DNA of 63,960 bases, the filler included, from Syncephalis fuscata S228 (Eukaryota; Fungi; Zoopagomycota), in the NCBI GenBank assembly GCA_025786725.1. It is 5 parts of 5 records of this genome, joined end to end, with 100 filler letters (N's around TTAATTAATTAA, not from the genome) between each part and the next. Parts side by side here need not be neighbours in the genome. Positions count along the whole stretch, not along the records: positions 1 to 25,175 come from JAHLTZ010000122.1; 4 more parts are not named here. One strand, written 5' to 3'. Shown one piece after another: positions 1-12,184 of the stretch (positions are counted from its first letter, which is position 1; each line of letters begins with the position of its first letter). Below the pieces are notes generated by a model. The model was not told the origin of the DNA. It saw nothing but the letters and a program-made list of their open reading frames with translations, and searched no databases. The position numbers were made by a program, and so were the translations under genes.

Positions 1-522
1 CTCTGTTGGTTGTTATTAAATCATTACCGTTACATATGATTTCTATCACTGCCAGTAAAGCTTCATTGATCTTTACTGCTTATTGTGATTCTTTTATTTC
101 TTATTGCTATTTCTATTGTTCTATCTCTTTCTAGTTGTTCTATTCGGTAGTGCATCATACAATAACCTCAAATGTAATAATATAAATACACGCGTGTTTT
201 AACAATTAATAAAAATTGTTACGCAATTCTAAGATTTTGTTTCTTATTTTACACTAGCACGTGTTTTTAGTAATGTTAAGGGCCTTGCTGCATCTTTCGG
301 TTACAACTTTCGCAAATAAAAAGTACTTCAAATATTAAACATATATTTTGGCTACTAGGTATAACTATTCATGTCGAGCTTAGACATATGTGAAAATCTA
401 AATACAAATTGCATTTGTTGCCAGCTAAGAATTTAGGCAAACTGTTCCAGTTTTTGGTCTAGGATCATTAAAATAAAACGAAATGTTCATTACTTGCTGT
501 TTCTGGTGCTATATATAACATA

Positions 523-1187
523 ATGTTTGTATGTATGTTGACAAGCCATGGCCTTAATTGTAGAATGCTGATATGGTCGGCCGGTGTTTTTAATTCGATA
601 GCAATGGTTTGCAATAGCCTGATTCTTCTTTTAAAAGTCAATTTGGTTCTTTATCATAAAAAGTGGATTACCTACATCGGTATTCTTCTTGTATTGCCAC
701 AGCTAAGCTATAGTGGTATTGCGATATACTACAGCTTTGCTTCTTTCAATACCAAACTCGGCTGCGAGGTCTATTATCCACCTATTTTACTTTGGTACTG
801 GCTTGGAGTAAATACACCAATCAACGTGTTCTTTTCAGCCATTTTCTGTCGTATTGCTTTTAAGCAATACCGTCTATTTGGGTCTGATGCATGGAAACGG
901 CTAGCACGAGATGGAATACAGGCGATGTGTCTAGCTATATTAGCCAATCTTGTTTGCTGTGCTGTTATAATTACTAGTTTCGGCAATACTAATCTTGATA
1001 TACTTTTTCCTGTTGATTGGTAAGCAGCAATAATTAATTATACACATATAACTAAGCTATTTGTAGGATGCTTGTTGCAACTATATTGATTAGACATTGT
1101 CAGAGGATGGGAAACAACGATAATTCTGCATATCGTCCTAAAACAAGTCATATGATTAATTTATCGCAAATCGTCACAGCAAAATAA
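523..1187 (+). CDS. 7TM GPCR-like membrane protein, paralog 1 (appears 5'-truncated)
   Basis: ORF 523-1019 plus intron 1020-1066 (GTAAGC..TTGTAG) plus exon to TAA 1187. Aligns with the 4175 gene (NCR, WYW..VN.PINV.FSAIFC, WKRLARDGIQAM, DW-M). Lacks the first ~110 aa of the paralog. Confidence 0.7.
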
Positions 1188-2010
1188 ATAAGTTGATGCA
1201 TTGGCATGGCACATCTATATAGCTTTCTATAATGCAGCTTTTATAATAAGTAATATATCAAAGCAGTCTGATATTACTTTATTAAGTATTGCAATTGCCT
1301 ATTCATTTATAGAGCATTTATACAATACACCATACTTTAATATTAATATTGTGATGTTGTTATAGCACAGTATTACTCCTAATGTTAAAATTCAATCAAT
1401 TATTACTTTATTTAGCTTCCAATTACTGCAAGATTTGAATGATGTGCGGCCCTGCAGCAGGTATCGGCATATGGTCATTTGAACGCGTCATGCGCCCACA
1501 CGGGTTGTTATGTATGAAGCACAAAACTTGTAATGGCTTTTGCTGATGTCGTAACGATTATTCACGTTTATATTTCTATGTTTCTACTACTCAAACAGCC
1601 TTTTACCTACTATATTGTACATAAAACCAACAGCTATTCTTATATAAAAATGTTAACAGCTTGCTTATATTGTCACAACTAGTCTATGATTTTATTATGT
1701 AATATTGCAGCTTTTTATTTTAAAAGTAATCTGCTTGTCCAGTATTTAAATTTATATACACTAACGCTATTTCTGTAATACAAAAGTGTTTGTAAAAAAG
1801 GTTTTATTGATTTAGCTAATAAAAATAGGATATATACTAATATCTTAATAAGAATTAAATGATTAAACAGCACATCACAGGCCTAAGATTACACGCTATA
1901 GAATAAAACGTGCAACGTCAGTGTAACAGAATTGTAGAACACACAATATACCAGTTGAAAAAACCGCAAAGGTTTGCCCACCTTTAGATATTCTGCTTCA
2001 CTTTTCTATA

Positions 2011-3597
2011 ATGGCTTCTAGTACCACTAAGCAATACGCAACAAGCAGGCTACTAGCTGTAGTTTACCAACTTCCGCCCACCAAACTTACACAGCTTATT
2101 CTACATGTTGGCTTTACTGCAACGATACAACTAAGCCTGAGCTGTCGCACGTTAAAAGAGAAAATACAAGGCGATGTTATATTGTGGCAGCGCCTTTACC
2201 AAGATCGGTTTTTAAATGGACTGCGCCGAGTTAAAGAATGGGATTTTGTGTATTGGTGTGCCAGAGACCAATTTTTAGCCGATAACGTGCCGATAGAGTC
2301 AACTGCATTGCTAGAAAAGCTTGATTGGTATGATGTATATCGTCGACGAATCACCACTGAGCAGAACTGGCGTAGTGGCCACTCAAAACGCATTGTATTT
2401 TCATATCCTTGTGGGAGGAAATATAAAAGAATTTCTCTTAAGCAGCTATCTGCAAATGCTGTGCTGCTTTCCAATTTGTACAAAGGCAACGACGATGAGT
2501 CAGGTCATAACAGTATAGTAGAAAATAACGATGATTTAAGCAATAATGCCATGCCAAAAAAAGTCAAAAGTAGGTTTCAAGTAAATATTCTAGGAACCAC
2601 GCCAATACCTTCGGTTATAAACCAGAATGATATTAAAGATACAGCAGAATCAGAAATGATACCAACTATAAAATCCATAGACTTTTATGATAAGCTTTGT
2701 GACGGCAGCTATGGATTGACTGATCGATTTGCAATTGTGATCAGCACAGAACTAGATGCAAAGCTCATGAGAGTTTACACTCGCAATGACTTTAAGCTAC
2801 GATACACGTCAGAGCTACCATCTGATTTTGTTCTTGAAGCAGTCAACGGACAATGGGCTGTATTCTCGCGTAAAGACTGGGTAAAACGTAAAAACCTTCA
2901 AGTAATTGCATATGACTTGGAGAAAAACAAGCAGTACGTTAACGAATTTAAAAAGACTATGAGTGCAATTTGCATTTATGAAGCAACTCGTAGCTATGTG
3001 ACTATATACGCTATGTTTAATGATGATTATAATTGCAAGCTTCAGTGGAGCTTGCATCGAGTTTCACAAGATGGATTAATGCAAAAATTACAACAAGGAG
3101 AATATGAGATTGGATATAGATCTAACCGTGTCTTTACCACAACATCAGAGTTTTCACATATAAAAGTTAGCACCAATCCCCAAGGATATGATATTTTCCC
3201 CCATCTACACACACTTTCATTAACAAAAAAAGACGAGATTGAACTAGATGAAATGCACGGAATACCACTATCAGTTGAGGAAAAGGAAATGAGAGGTGTT
3301 ATTTACTCTGAATTGTTAAAGAAGAAGGACTCTGACCACGAAGTATTGGTTTTTAATAATGGCTTTGATTGGTCATCGGTAGTCAAGTATCAGCATATTA
3401 TTGGAAATCTTTTCTTTATTTTTCAGAAAAATAACGAGAATTTGGATCAGTTACTTGTGGATATGAGCTGTGGAAAAGTTATACGAAAAATTGATGCTGT
3501 TAATATAAAGCATATATTTTATATTTTAATGACAGGCATCATAATTATTGACGAAGATAGTTTGACGATAGAAACAGTTAATTATGGAGCTATTTAG
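2011..3597 (+). CDS. Divergent F-box-like protein (N-terminal F-box-like region, beta-rich C-terminus)
   Basis: Intronless 528 aa. QLP..KL..LI, LSLSCRTL and LWQRLY resemble an F-box; WYDVYRRR...EQNWRSG resembles the post-F-box linker helix of Cdc4/beta-TrCP-type proteins. Confidence 0.6.
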   Translation: MASSTTKQYATSRLLAVVYQLPPTKLTQLILHVGFTATIQLSLSCRTLKEKIQGDVILWQRLYQDRFLNGLRRVKEWDFVYWCARDQFLADNVPIESTALLEKLDWYDVYRRRITTEQNWRSGHSKRIVFSYPCGRKYKRISLKQLSANAVLLSNLYKGNDDESGHNSIVENNDDLSNNAMPKKVKSRFQVNILGTTPIPSVINQNDIKDTAESEMIPTIKSIDFYDKLCDGSYGLTDRFAIVISTELDAKLMRVYTRNDFKLRYTSELPSDFVLEAVNGQWAVFSRKDWVKRKNLQVIAYDLEKNKQYVNEFKKTMSAICIYEATRSYVTIYAMFNDDYNCKLQWSLHRVSQDGLMQKLQQGEYEIGYRSNRVFTTTSEFSHIKVSTNPQGYDIFPHLHTLSLTKKDEIELDEMHGIPLSVEEKEMRGVIYSELLKKKDSDHEVLVFNNGFDWSSVVKYQHIIGNLFFIFQKNNENLDQLLVDMSCGKVIRKIDAVNIKHIFYILMTGIIIIDEDSLTIETVNYGAI

Positions 3598-4174
3598 ACG
3601 AAATTTCTGTTTTATAATATTTCATACAATAAACTGTTTATAGGTGCTAAAAAATAAAATACGTTAGTTAAATACATAAGCAATTTGAATATTATTTACT
3701 GGATAAATCTAATGACGTCTATAAAAACTATACGCTCATATAGTACACAATGATTGATCAAATCCATGGCTGCAATTTAGTTTAGTCAATCATTGTAGGT
3801 TTGTATTATTGAATTATTCCAATTAGTCTGTAATTTTGCTTTAACGTATTTCAAAGCCGCTCACTTATCAGCTTCTTTGTTTTTATGCATGCACAATAAA
3901 CTATGCTTCTATCACATGGCATACGGATAGCACACGTACATTGCGTTATCCAATTTAGTACCACTGTCACCCATGTTTGCATTCTCGATATGTATAACAG
4001 GTTTAGCATATCGGGCCGTTGAATTTCACGTTATAAGCAAAACCTGGTAGCTGTAGATTAGACTTCTAAATTCCATCTGCTTTTCTGTTATTTCATTAAT
4101 ATTGTTTATTTAACATATACCAACATATTTAGTATTTTATACAATATTAGTGATATCTGTACTACGTATCCATA

Positions 4175-5167
4175 ATGCCAATCGCTGATTATGAAGACCC
4201 AGCATATGCTGAATGGGCAAATAGCAGCGTAAAACAGTGGGAAGTTCGCCTTCATCCGCTTGGTGAAACGTATGTATTTGATTTCTTTATGGAAGCCACT
4301 GGTGACATTGACAAACAGCGTCTTCGACTGTTTGGTATACAAGTTCAAATTGTAATGCATGTTATAGTGCTTTATATATTTGCACGCAACCTTGCTATTG
4401 CTCGTAAAATGGTCATGCTACTACCTCGTAGTCTGATGTTATGGTGCTGTTTAGCTTCCTCAGCCTCAAGTGTCGTGTCCATCACGATGGCTGTATTTAT
4501 GTTTGTCAATTTTCCTATTAACTGTCGAATCATGACATGGCTTTTTATATCCAGTATCTCAATTAATATGATGGGCAATAGCTTAATACTCCTTCAAAAG
4601 GTTTATCTGGCACTTTGCCAAAAGAATTGGATAGTCTATATCAGTATCCCAGTAATAGTAGCGCAATTTGCATTCACTTTTATTTTTACGTATAACAGCT
4701 ATGTTATATTGGAAGAAAAGGTTGGCTGCATGAATTATTACCCCCAGTTCGTTCTGTGGTATTGGTTCATAGTTAACGTACCAATCAACGTGCTATTTTC
4801 GGCAATATTTTGCTACATTGCTTTAAAGCACTATCGTATACTTGGATCAGAAGTATGGAAGCGGTTGGCACGCGATGGGATACAAGCAATGTCTCTGGCT
4901 ACGTTATGTAACATTATTGGACCTATTATTACAATTGTGCCTATAAGCAAAAGCAACACTGATCTATTTTTTCTTATAGATTGGTAAGTGGAAACAGTTG
5001 GTTATTTACATGTAATTTATATATATATATATAGGATGGTTGTCACAACAATACTAATTAATCATTGCCAGAATGCTAGTAAAAACATTGATACCGCACA
5101 CAACCCAAAAACCTACCATATGCTTAATATATCCCAAATTGCCACCGTAAAATCATTAGACTATTAA
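4175..5167 (+). CDS. 7TM GPCR-like membrane protein, paralog 2 (~313 aa)
   Basis: Exon 4175-4983, intron 4984-5034 (same position as in paralog 1), exon to TAA 5167. Seven hydrophobic segments, with Cys at the start of TM3 (INCR) and in ECL2 (VGC). Confidence 0.75.
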
Positions 5168-5924
5168 TAAATAGACCTATTATTATTATTTACTACGAAA
5201 GAATCATAGAGTATTTTCATATCTACTCGAGCATGGTTGGCATTTACTATAAATCCCCCAGGAAAGTAAAACTTTTTACGCAATCAATTGTAATAATTTA
5301 GATAGTTGACGAGTTGATTAGATTAAATTGCGTTTAAATCATTATTCATAACAAATTATAATGCTTTAAATAATTCACAGCAACAATAATATAAATTAAC
5401 ATTTATCTATTTATCATATTTTATTGTAAGTAACATGGAATACTATTTAATATCTATTTTGATATTAAAAATAGTGCAGATTAATTAAGACTGATTGATT
5501 CAATTAAAGTTGATATGACACTGCTTCAACAAGCCACTTCTTAGTATTAAAAACTAATCGACGATTTATTGTTTGCGTTATTAATCTTTTTGCCCCCAGC
5601 TTGAAGCTAGGGAGTCAAAATACAATAGCTTTATATACTAAATGAATATAAGTACTTGCTATTTTATGTGTGAGTAATCAACCAATTCTACTTGACTTGA
5701 AAAGTGACTTGATTACAATCATCCTATAGAACTGAGAAACAGAACGCGCATGTGTGTTTTTACACCTATTTAGACGTTGACAAAATACCTTTGTTTTGTC
5801 TTATTTTTATTACAATCTTGTGAGCTGTTTTTGGTGGATGAAACATTATTGGCAGTTTGCTAGCGTGTAGATCTTTTGCAAATCCTATTCTTTGCATTCC
5901 ACTAAAACAAAGCTATCCGCCACT

Positions 5925-8900
5925 ATGGATCACCACGGAGAACAGAGACGAGGACGTAAGTAGCAGCTTATCGCGATATTAAGCCCAGATACCTGGCTAT
6001 TGTTTGCAACCAAATTGACAATTATTTTAATATACTGGTGCAGATGTTGGTCGTAACGCGCATCGTGAAGATCAGCGACGATCTCACCACGCTAAACCTT
6101 ATGATCGACGCGGCGGTGGCGGTGGACGTGCAAGTGGAGGTAAACCACATGAATCGCAACAAGAAGAGAGCGCCGAACAGCGTATATCGTCGTTTCTTAT
6201 AAGAGTCGGTGATAAGGTCGGTATTAGTTTGTACAGATTGTATTTAAATTGACAACCTGTACGACATTTAGGTAAATCAAACGTTTAAAGATAGTATGGA
6301 AGCATTGGCCAAAATTGTCGATCGTGAATATCGTCAACACTCGGAATTGATTCTTAAAACAATGCGGGCCTGGTAAATTTGATGATTATAATATGTGGTG
6401 TTTATATTGATTATCTACACATTTGATAGTATTACCGAATTGCCCATGAAATCGGGTATATATGCCACATTTGTTGGTGTTATTAACCGACGATCACCAG
6501 ATACAGCTGAATTATTTGTACGTATGGCGGCCGATGCTTTACAACAAGCATTAAATCGAGCCAATTGGCGTCAAGTGAAAATACTGGTAAATATAACTGT
6601 AATATATATATATATATATAATTAACTTAAGTTTACTATACTAGCTTCGTTTTTTTAGTGAATTATTCAATGCTAATGTGATTTCAAATTCGGAATATAC
6701 AAAGCTTTTGCGTTGTTTTACCACCGTATTTGAAGAGCCACAACTACGACGTGTAAGTGTAGTATAATATGGGTATAATAATAATAATAATAATAATGTT
6801 TATAATAATATATAGGATCGTGCTGATTGTATTGCCTATATACTTATGGATACTTTAGTATATGTACGTTTAACAATTTTATTCTTTCAATTCATACTAA
6901 TATCTGTTGATTGACAATTACAGTCAGCATTGGAATTTAAAAAACGCGCATCCACTGAATTAGATGGTGTACTTTCAGTCTTAGAGGTTTATATTCGGGC
7001 TCGTCAACAACAACCAGCCCATACCGATATGTTAAAAGTATTCCAAGGACCTGCTGCACCATATCCACAAGAAGAGGTAAAGAATAAACGTATAAGTAAT
7101 ATAATGATTAACTAATAATTTGATAGACCATCTTATTGCTATGGCAACAACTAACACAATTACGGGAAGATAATTGGGAACTGCCTATGCTTCCCAAAGT
7201 ATACACTATAATGGAGGATTTATTAGTAAATAACCGCCAGGTAAATAATAATCTATATCAATTATATTCGACACTGTTATTAAAACTATTTAGCACTCTT
7301 TACCGGCTATTAAAATACCAGATGATAACTTGAATGTAGTATATCCTATATCTAATCTAGTCTTTCGTCTTTTTGCCGATGATCAGGTATATAAACTGAG
7401 GTTATAGCAATATTGTTGATATGTTAATCATTATACATTTCTAGTTGGCCGCTTTACCTATTTCTATGCCATCTGGTACAGCCATTGCTCGTCACGTATT
7501 ACGAGACATTATTGTAGATTTGCTTGAATTATACGAAGTGAATCGAAAAGAATGTCTCAAGTATTTGGTTAGTCTACGAGAATACTTCCAACCGGCCACC
7601 TTCTATATTCCTACTCCAGCAAAGGAAGGAGGTGTTGAAGGAGATGAAGATACAATTATGCCAGAGATTACATCTGACGTAGGTGGATGGCGTTTAGATG
7701 CTATTATTATTGAAGTAAGTGTTTGTAATAAAGAAATAGATTAATACAAATAACATAACAATATATTAACTATTGTATTATTAATTAGATAGTATTGGGT
7801 AAATTGTTTGAATTACCAGCACCAGAACAAAAACTCGTGTATTACGGTGTTATTTTAATGGAAATGTGTAAAGTTGTTCCGGATACTTTTCCTTTAGTCA
7901 TATCCTTTTAATGATCATATATATATACCATTATTATTATTATTACTAAATAGTAATAACAGGTTTAATAGCTTAACTTAATTTATGTACTTTGGACGTG
8001 CCATTAGTTTATTATTCGATAGTGTTGAACAAATGGATGTTGGTTGTATGTATCGATTATGCGACTTTTTCGTACATCATCTAAGTAATTTTGCATTTCA
8101 TTGGAATTGGTCGGAATGGTAAGTAGATAGAAGTGTAGATTAACTACAGTATGTATAGTTTATTATGTATTATGTTAATAGGTCATCGGTATTACAGTTG
8201 GATAGAACAAATCCTAAGCGTGTATTTGTCCGAGAAACACTTAATAAAACAATCCAGTAAGTATTTACAACTATATAATATAATCTAGTCTACTTACACT
8301 GGTTTATAGACTATCCTACTACGATCGTATTAAGACAAATTTGCCCGAAGATATGCTTGTTATGATTCCACCAGTAACACCAGGTCCTCGATTCCGGTTT
8401 GGTGGACAGGCTGCTGCCAAAGCGAGTAAGTCAACTTTTGCCCATCATAGTTATGCTAGTTATTACTTTAAGCTAATTATAGATATTAATAGATCCAGAG
8501 CAAGTAGCATTAGCCAATGCACTATTAGACAAATTGAGAACACGATCTGAACTTAGCGAGGTTCGTGCGCTCTTGAACGAATTTGTAATTGGTAGTGGAG
8601 CGGAAGATGGTGGTGAAGATGCTAACGGCGCTACTGTGGATGAAGAACGACAACGACTGGCCCGTGAAGTGCTCTTCCAATGTGTACTATTGATGGGCAG
8701 TAAAAGCTTTAGTCATATGATGAACATTACAGAACGGTAATTTAGCTTATTAAGCCATGCTGTATACTGATTATAGTACTTTGTAGCTGTCTTCCTTTAT
8801 TGAAAGAATACTCGGCCGAAAGTGAATCTAAACTTCAAGTAATACGCATTGCTGAAGCATTCTGGTTTGAAAACACTCAGGTTGGCTACTATTAATCCAT

Positions 8901-9726
8901 TAGCTATAATGTATATATTAATCATAGTTTTAAATCTTTTAAAACAGTTTTTTGGAATTATTATGGATCGATTCCTTATTTATCGATTAGTAGATCCCAT
9001 CAGTGTAGTACAATGGCTATTTGACGATAAACATATGCCACACTTTGATCGATTCCACTACTGGGTGATAATGCATCGCATGCTATCCAAGGTGGTTAGT
9101 AAAGTGCAGGATACACAGAAGAAATTGATTCAAGCTCGAGAGGCACACATTACAAATGAATCACGTCGCATGGTAGATGGTAGGTTGTGATGTATGATAA
9201 AGTATGTATACAGTATAGGGTAACTATTAAACCAATAGTCATGGATGAAGAATTAGAACAACAGCGCATGGAGAAAGAAGCCATTGCTCAGTTGGAATCT
9301 ACATACGATGCAGTCACTCGTGAACAGAAAGAAGTATTTCTTAGTCTATTCCAGGTAAATTGTTTATTAATAGTTGCTAATAAGAATGCTGATTAATAGT
9401 TTAATTAATTGTAGAGCTTCTCAAGAGTTATTACACTTAAGTTGGCTGAATTTGATCATCAAGGTGTTGACGCCAACACACAGCCATGGTGTTACTGGAC
9501 TATGGGATGGATGCGTGATTTTGGACGCTACGTAAGTGGTTTACGTATTTTAATAGAAATATACTAATTTATCACTTGTATTTAGTACTACAAGCTAGTA
9601 GAGCCTTTAGTACCAACACTTTCAAGCATTGTATTCACCAGTGAAACAGATCCACGTGTCAACCATATATTTGAACAAATATGTCAATTGATAAATGACC
9701 GACGAGAACCACTTCAGCTACAATAA
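5925..9726 (+). CDS. CBP80: Nuclear cap-binding complex large subunit (CBP80/NCBP1/Sto1), multi-exon
   Basis: Spliced exons encode ELPMKSGIYATFVGVIN, HHLSNFAFHWNWSEW, LSYYDRIK and GSKSFSH, which are MIF4G-domain CBP80 motifs. ATG 5925, TAA 9724-9726. Confidence 0.92.
7900..7990 (+). other. U12-type (minor spliceosome) AT-AC intron in CBP80
   Basis: 5' end ATATCCTTTT, branch-like GCTTAAC at 7971-7977, 3' end TAC. Removal joins ...CKVVPDTFPLV to FGRAISLLF... in frame. Confidence 0.88.
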
Positions 9727-9835
9727 TGAGTATGGATGCTTGATAGTGTGGAATGAATAAAATGATTTCACAAGATTTATAAATGATTTATTGTCACAAA
9801 TAACTAAGAAATGTGGAGTTACGCACAAGTGCATT

Positions 9836-11176
9836 TTACCGATCATCGGCTAATAGTAAAGTATTACTGCCGTCGCGTGATTCGGCCAATCGTTCAAGGG
9901 CAATGACCATTCGTTCAGTGGCCAGTGTATTACGTTCAGTTAGTTCAAGTAGTCGGTCAAGGCGTTCCTTTAATCCCTCGCCTAATACACGATCGCGTGC
10001 ACGTTCTTGAGAAAGCCAGTCCAATGTTGTTGTATTGTCTATATCAAGTAGATTGCTACTTGATTGGAGCCGGCTACGTTTGAATGGACGTGGATTCGCG
10101 CTACTACCTCCACCGGTCCCTTGATGGCTATTGCCTAGTCGGTGAGAATGCTGCTGCTGATGGTGGTGATGAGTTGGTGACACTACTGATTGTTCTATCA
10201 GTGTTTCTGCTTGTGAGGCACTGGCATCAGCAGATGGATTGGGTGCACTTAGTAGTTGGAATAGACTATCGAGTGTCCTATCATTCGATTCAACATCTTC
10301 ATCGTCATCTAGACCGACAGCTGCACCGGCCGTAACACGTTGTAGACTTGTTGCATCGCCACCAGCGCCTGTATGATGACCATGATGTGATGGATTGGGA
10401 ATAGTATCAACATCACCAAGTACATAGGCAAGCTCGTCGTAAAATGGCCACGAGTCAATAATATCCGGACCATTATACTCGTGGCCGGCGGCCAATGCCA
10501 CGCGATAAGTACGTTGACGTCTATATTCGTTTTTAAGATTACGCCATCGCCAGCGACATTGCTCGGCCGATCGCTCAAATCCAAATTGTCGTAAATGATC
10601 GCTAAACATACCAAATAAAAAGCCTTTGTTATGGGCAGATGACTTTAGATCGTCCAGATGGCTAACGGCAATTTCAATTAGTAGGCGCGTTTCACGTTCG
10701 CGCCATAACGAGCGTGAATGACCCGTCTTGCGCTGTTTAATATCCCTATCGGCTAACAAGTCGCCCATTGTACGGCTCGATGACATATTAAGCAGTGATC
10801 GGCCATTGCCGGTAGTAGCAGGTGGTGCGCTATAAGGTACATGTGATGCTTGAATAACCGCCCGTTGACTTTGTGGTGTATGTGGTAAATGCTGCGCCGA
10901 CTGTGATGGTGATGGTTGTTGCTGCTGCTGCTGCTGCTGTTGTTGTTGTTGTTGCTGTTGCTGTTGTACTTGGCGTTGTTCAGTTAGTATTTGAACATCT
11001 TCATCTTCATCAAAATCATCCTCTTCGTGTTCCATATCATCGTTATTATTAATATTGATATCGTTATCTTTTTCATCATTGCCGTTGCCGCCTCGACCTA
11101 GTGCACTTCTATCGTGGTGCTCCACGACAAGCTGCGTCTGAGAGCGACGGCCTGTAGTCACGTTAAGATTATCCAT
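9836..11176 (-). CDS. Myb/SANT-like (trihelix/MSANTD) DNA-binding protein with polyQ
   Basis: WRERETRLLI...GFERSAEQCRWRWRNLKNEYRR...WPFYDEL trihelix signature; polyQ and acidic tracts; C-terminal coiled coil. Confidence 0.85.
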   Translation of the reverse strand: MDNLNVTTGRRSQTQLVVEHHDRSALGRGGNGNDEKDNDININNNDDMEHEEDDFDEDEDVQILTEQRQVQQQQQQQQQQQQQQQQQPSPSQSAQHLPHTPQSQRAVIQASHVPYSAPPATTGNGRSLLNMSSSRTMGDLLADRDIKQRKTGHSRSLWRERETRLLIEIAVSHLDDLKSSAHNKGFLFGMFSDHLRQFGFERSAEQCRWRWRNLKNEYRRQRTYRVALAAGHEYNGPDIIDSWPFYDELAYVLGDVDTIPNPSHHGHHTGAGGDATSLQRVTAGAAVGLDDDEDVESNDRTLDSLFQLLSAPNPSADASASQAETLIEQSVVSPTHHHHQQQHSHRLGNSHQGTGGGSSANPRPFKRSRLQSSSNLLDIDNTTTLDWLSQERARDRVLGEGLKERLDRLLELTERNTLATERMVIALERLAESRDGSNTLLLADDR

Positions 11177-11834
11177 ATCTGTGTCACAACCAGTATGGCG
11201 TGGCGTATTTTAGTATTAATATTAGTGTGTTTGTATATAGTTTCTAAGCTACTATCGTGCTAATAGATATCGGCTTTACCTTAACTAGACTTGTTTGATA
11301 TAGTGTTGAAACAATACGCTATTTGTATATTAGTTGCAAAGACTAATCCGTTATAATCGCGTTCAGAAGTAAAAGCGGTCTTTTTGCTATTGTCAAGGCA
11401 ATCAGAGCTGGCTCAATTCGTCGGTAAGCTAATGCTCGGCTTTATCGCCTAGGTGCTAAACAGTAGTGTAGTTGCCGCTCACCTATAGCAAAGCAATAGG
11501 ACAATTGTAAAATGAACTGGCGTGTTTCTTATGTAGAAACTGTACTGAACCAAGGAAAAAGAGGTGTGAAAAAAAGGATTCGACCATTTCAATTCGGATC
11601 TAAACTGATCTGCAGTCATTGTGAATGGGTGTCATAATAATAACAGTAATAATTAATTGTAATTGTAATTGTAATAAAAGGTCGTTCTTATTCGCCGCAA
11701 ATGGAACTGGCAAATTAAAACTGTATTCTTTCTGTTTATTATTATACAAATATATTTGTTTATAACTATTATTAGAAGATTATCAATAAGTTATTTAGTA
11801 TAGAGCCAAGCGCAATTAAAGTTTATATTTATTA

Positions 11835-12046
11835 AAAAAGGCCTTCTAGGCCCTTGTTATGCACTTTTACCGGGCTATTACATTTATCGAAAAAGGCCTT
11901 CTAGGCCCTTGTTATGTACTTTTACCGGGCTATTACATTTATCGAAAAAAACATTCTAGGCCCTTGTTATGTACTTTTACCGGGCTATTACATTTATCGA
12001 AAAAAACATTCTAGGCCCTTGTTATATACTTCTACCAGACTATAAC
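11835..12046 (+). repeat. 55-bp tandem repeat (~3.8 copies) in promoter
   Basis: CTAGGCCCTTGTTAT recurs at 11846, 11901, 11956 and 12011 (period 55). It lies just upstream of TATATAAG at ~12072. Confidence 0.95.
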
Positions 12047-12184
12047 GTTTGGACAGAAAAGCTAAATCTACTATATAAGCCCGATGTAAATGCAATTTTA
12101 TTCAATACTTCATTCACTCAACTACGTTCTTCATCAGTATCAGCTTTACTTTTTTCTTTTACTGCAAACATTCAGCACCTCAAC

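Noticed and set aside
11835-12046. CRISPR-like array
   Set aside because: Contiguous 55-bp units with no unique spacers, no cas genes, eukaryotic context.
11969-12184. N-terminal extension of the 205-aa ORF
   Set aside because: It runs through the tandem repeat and TATA box; the paralog and signal peptide place the start at 12185.
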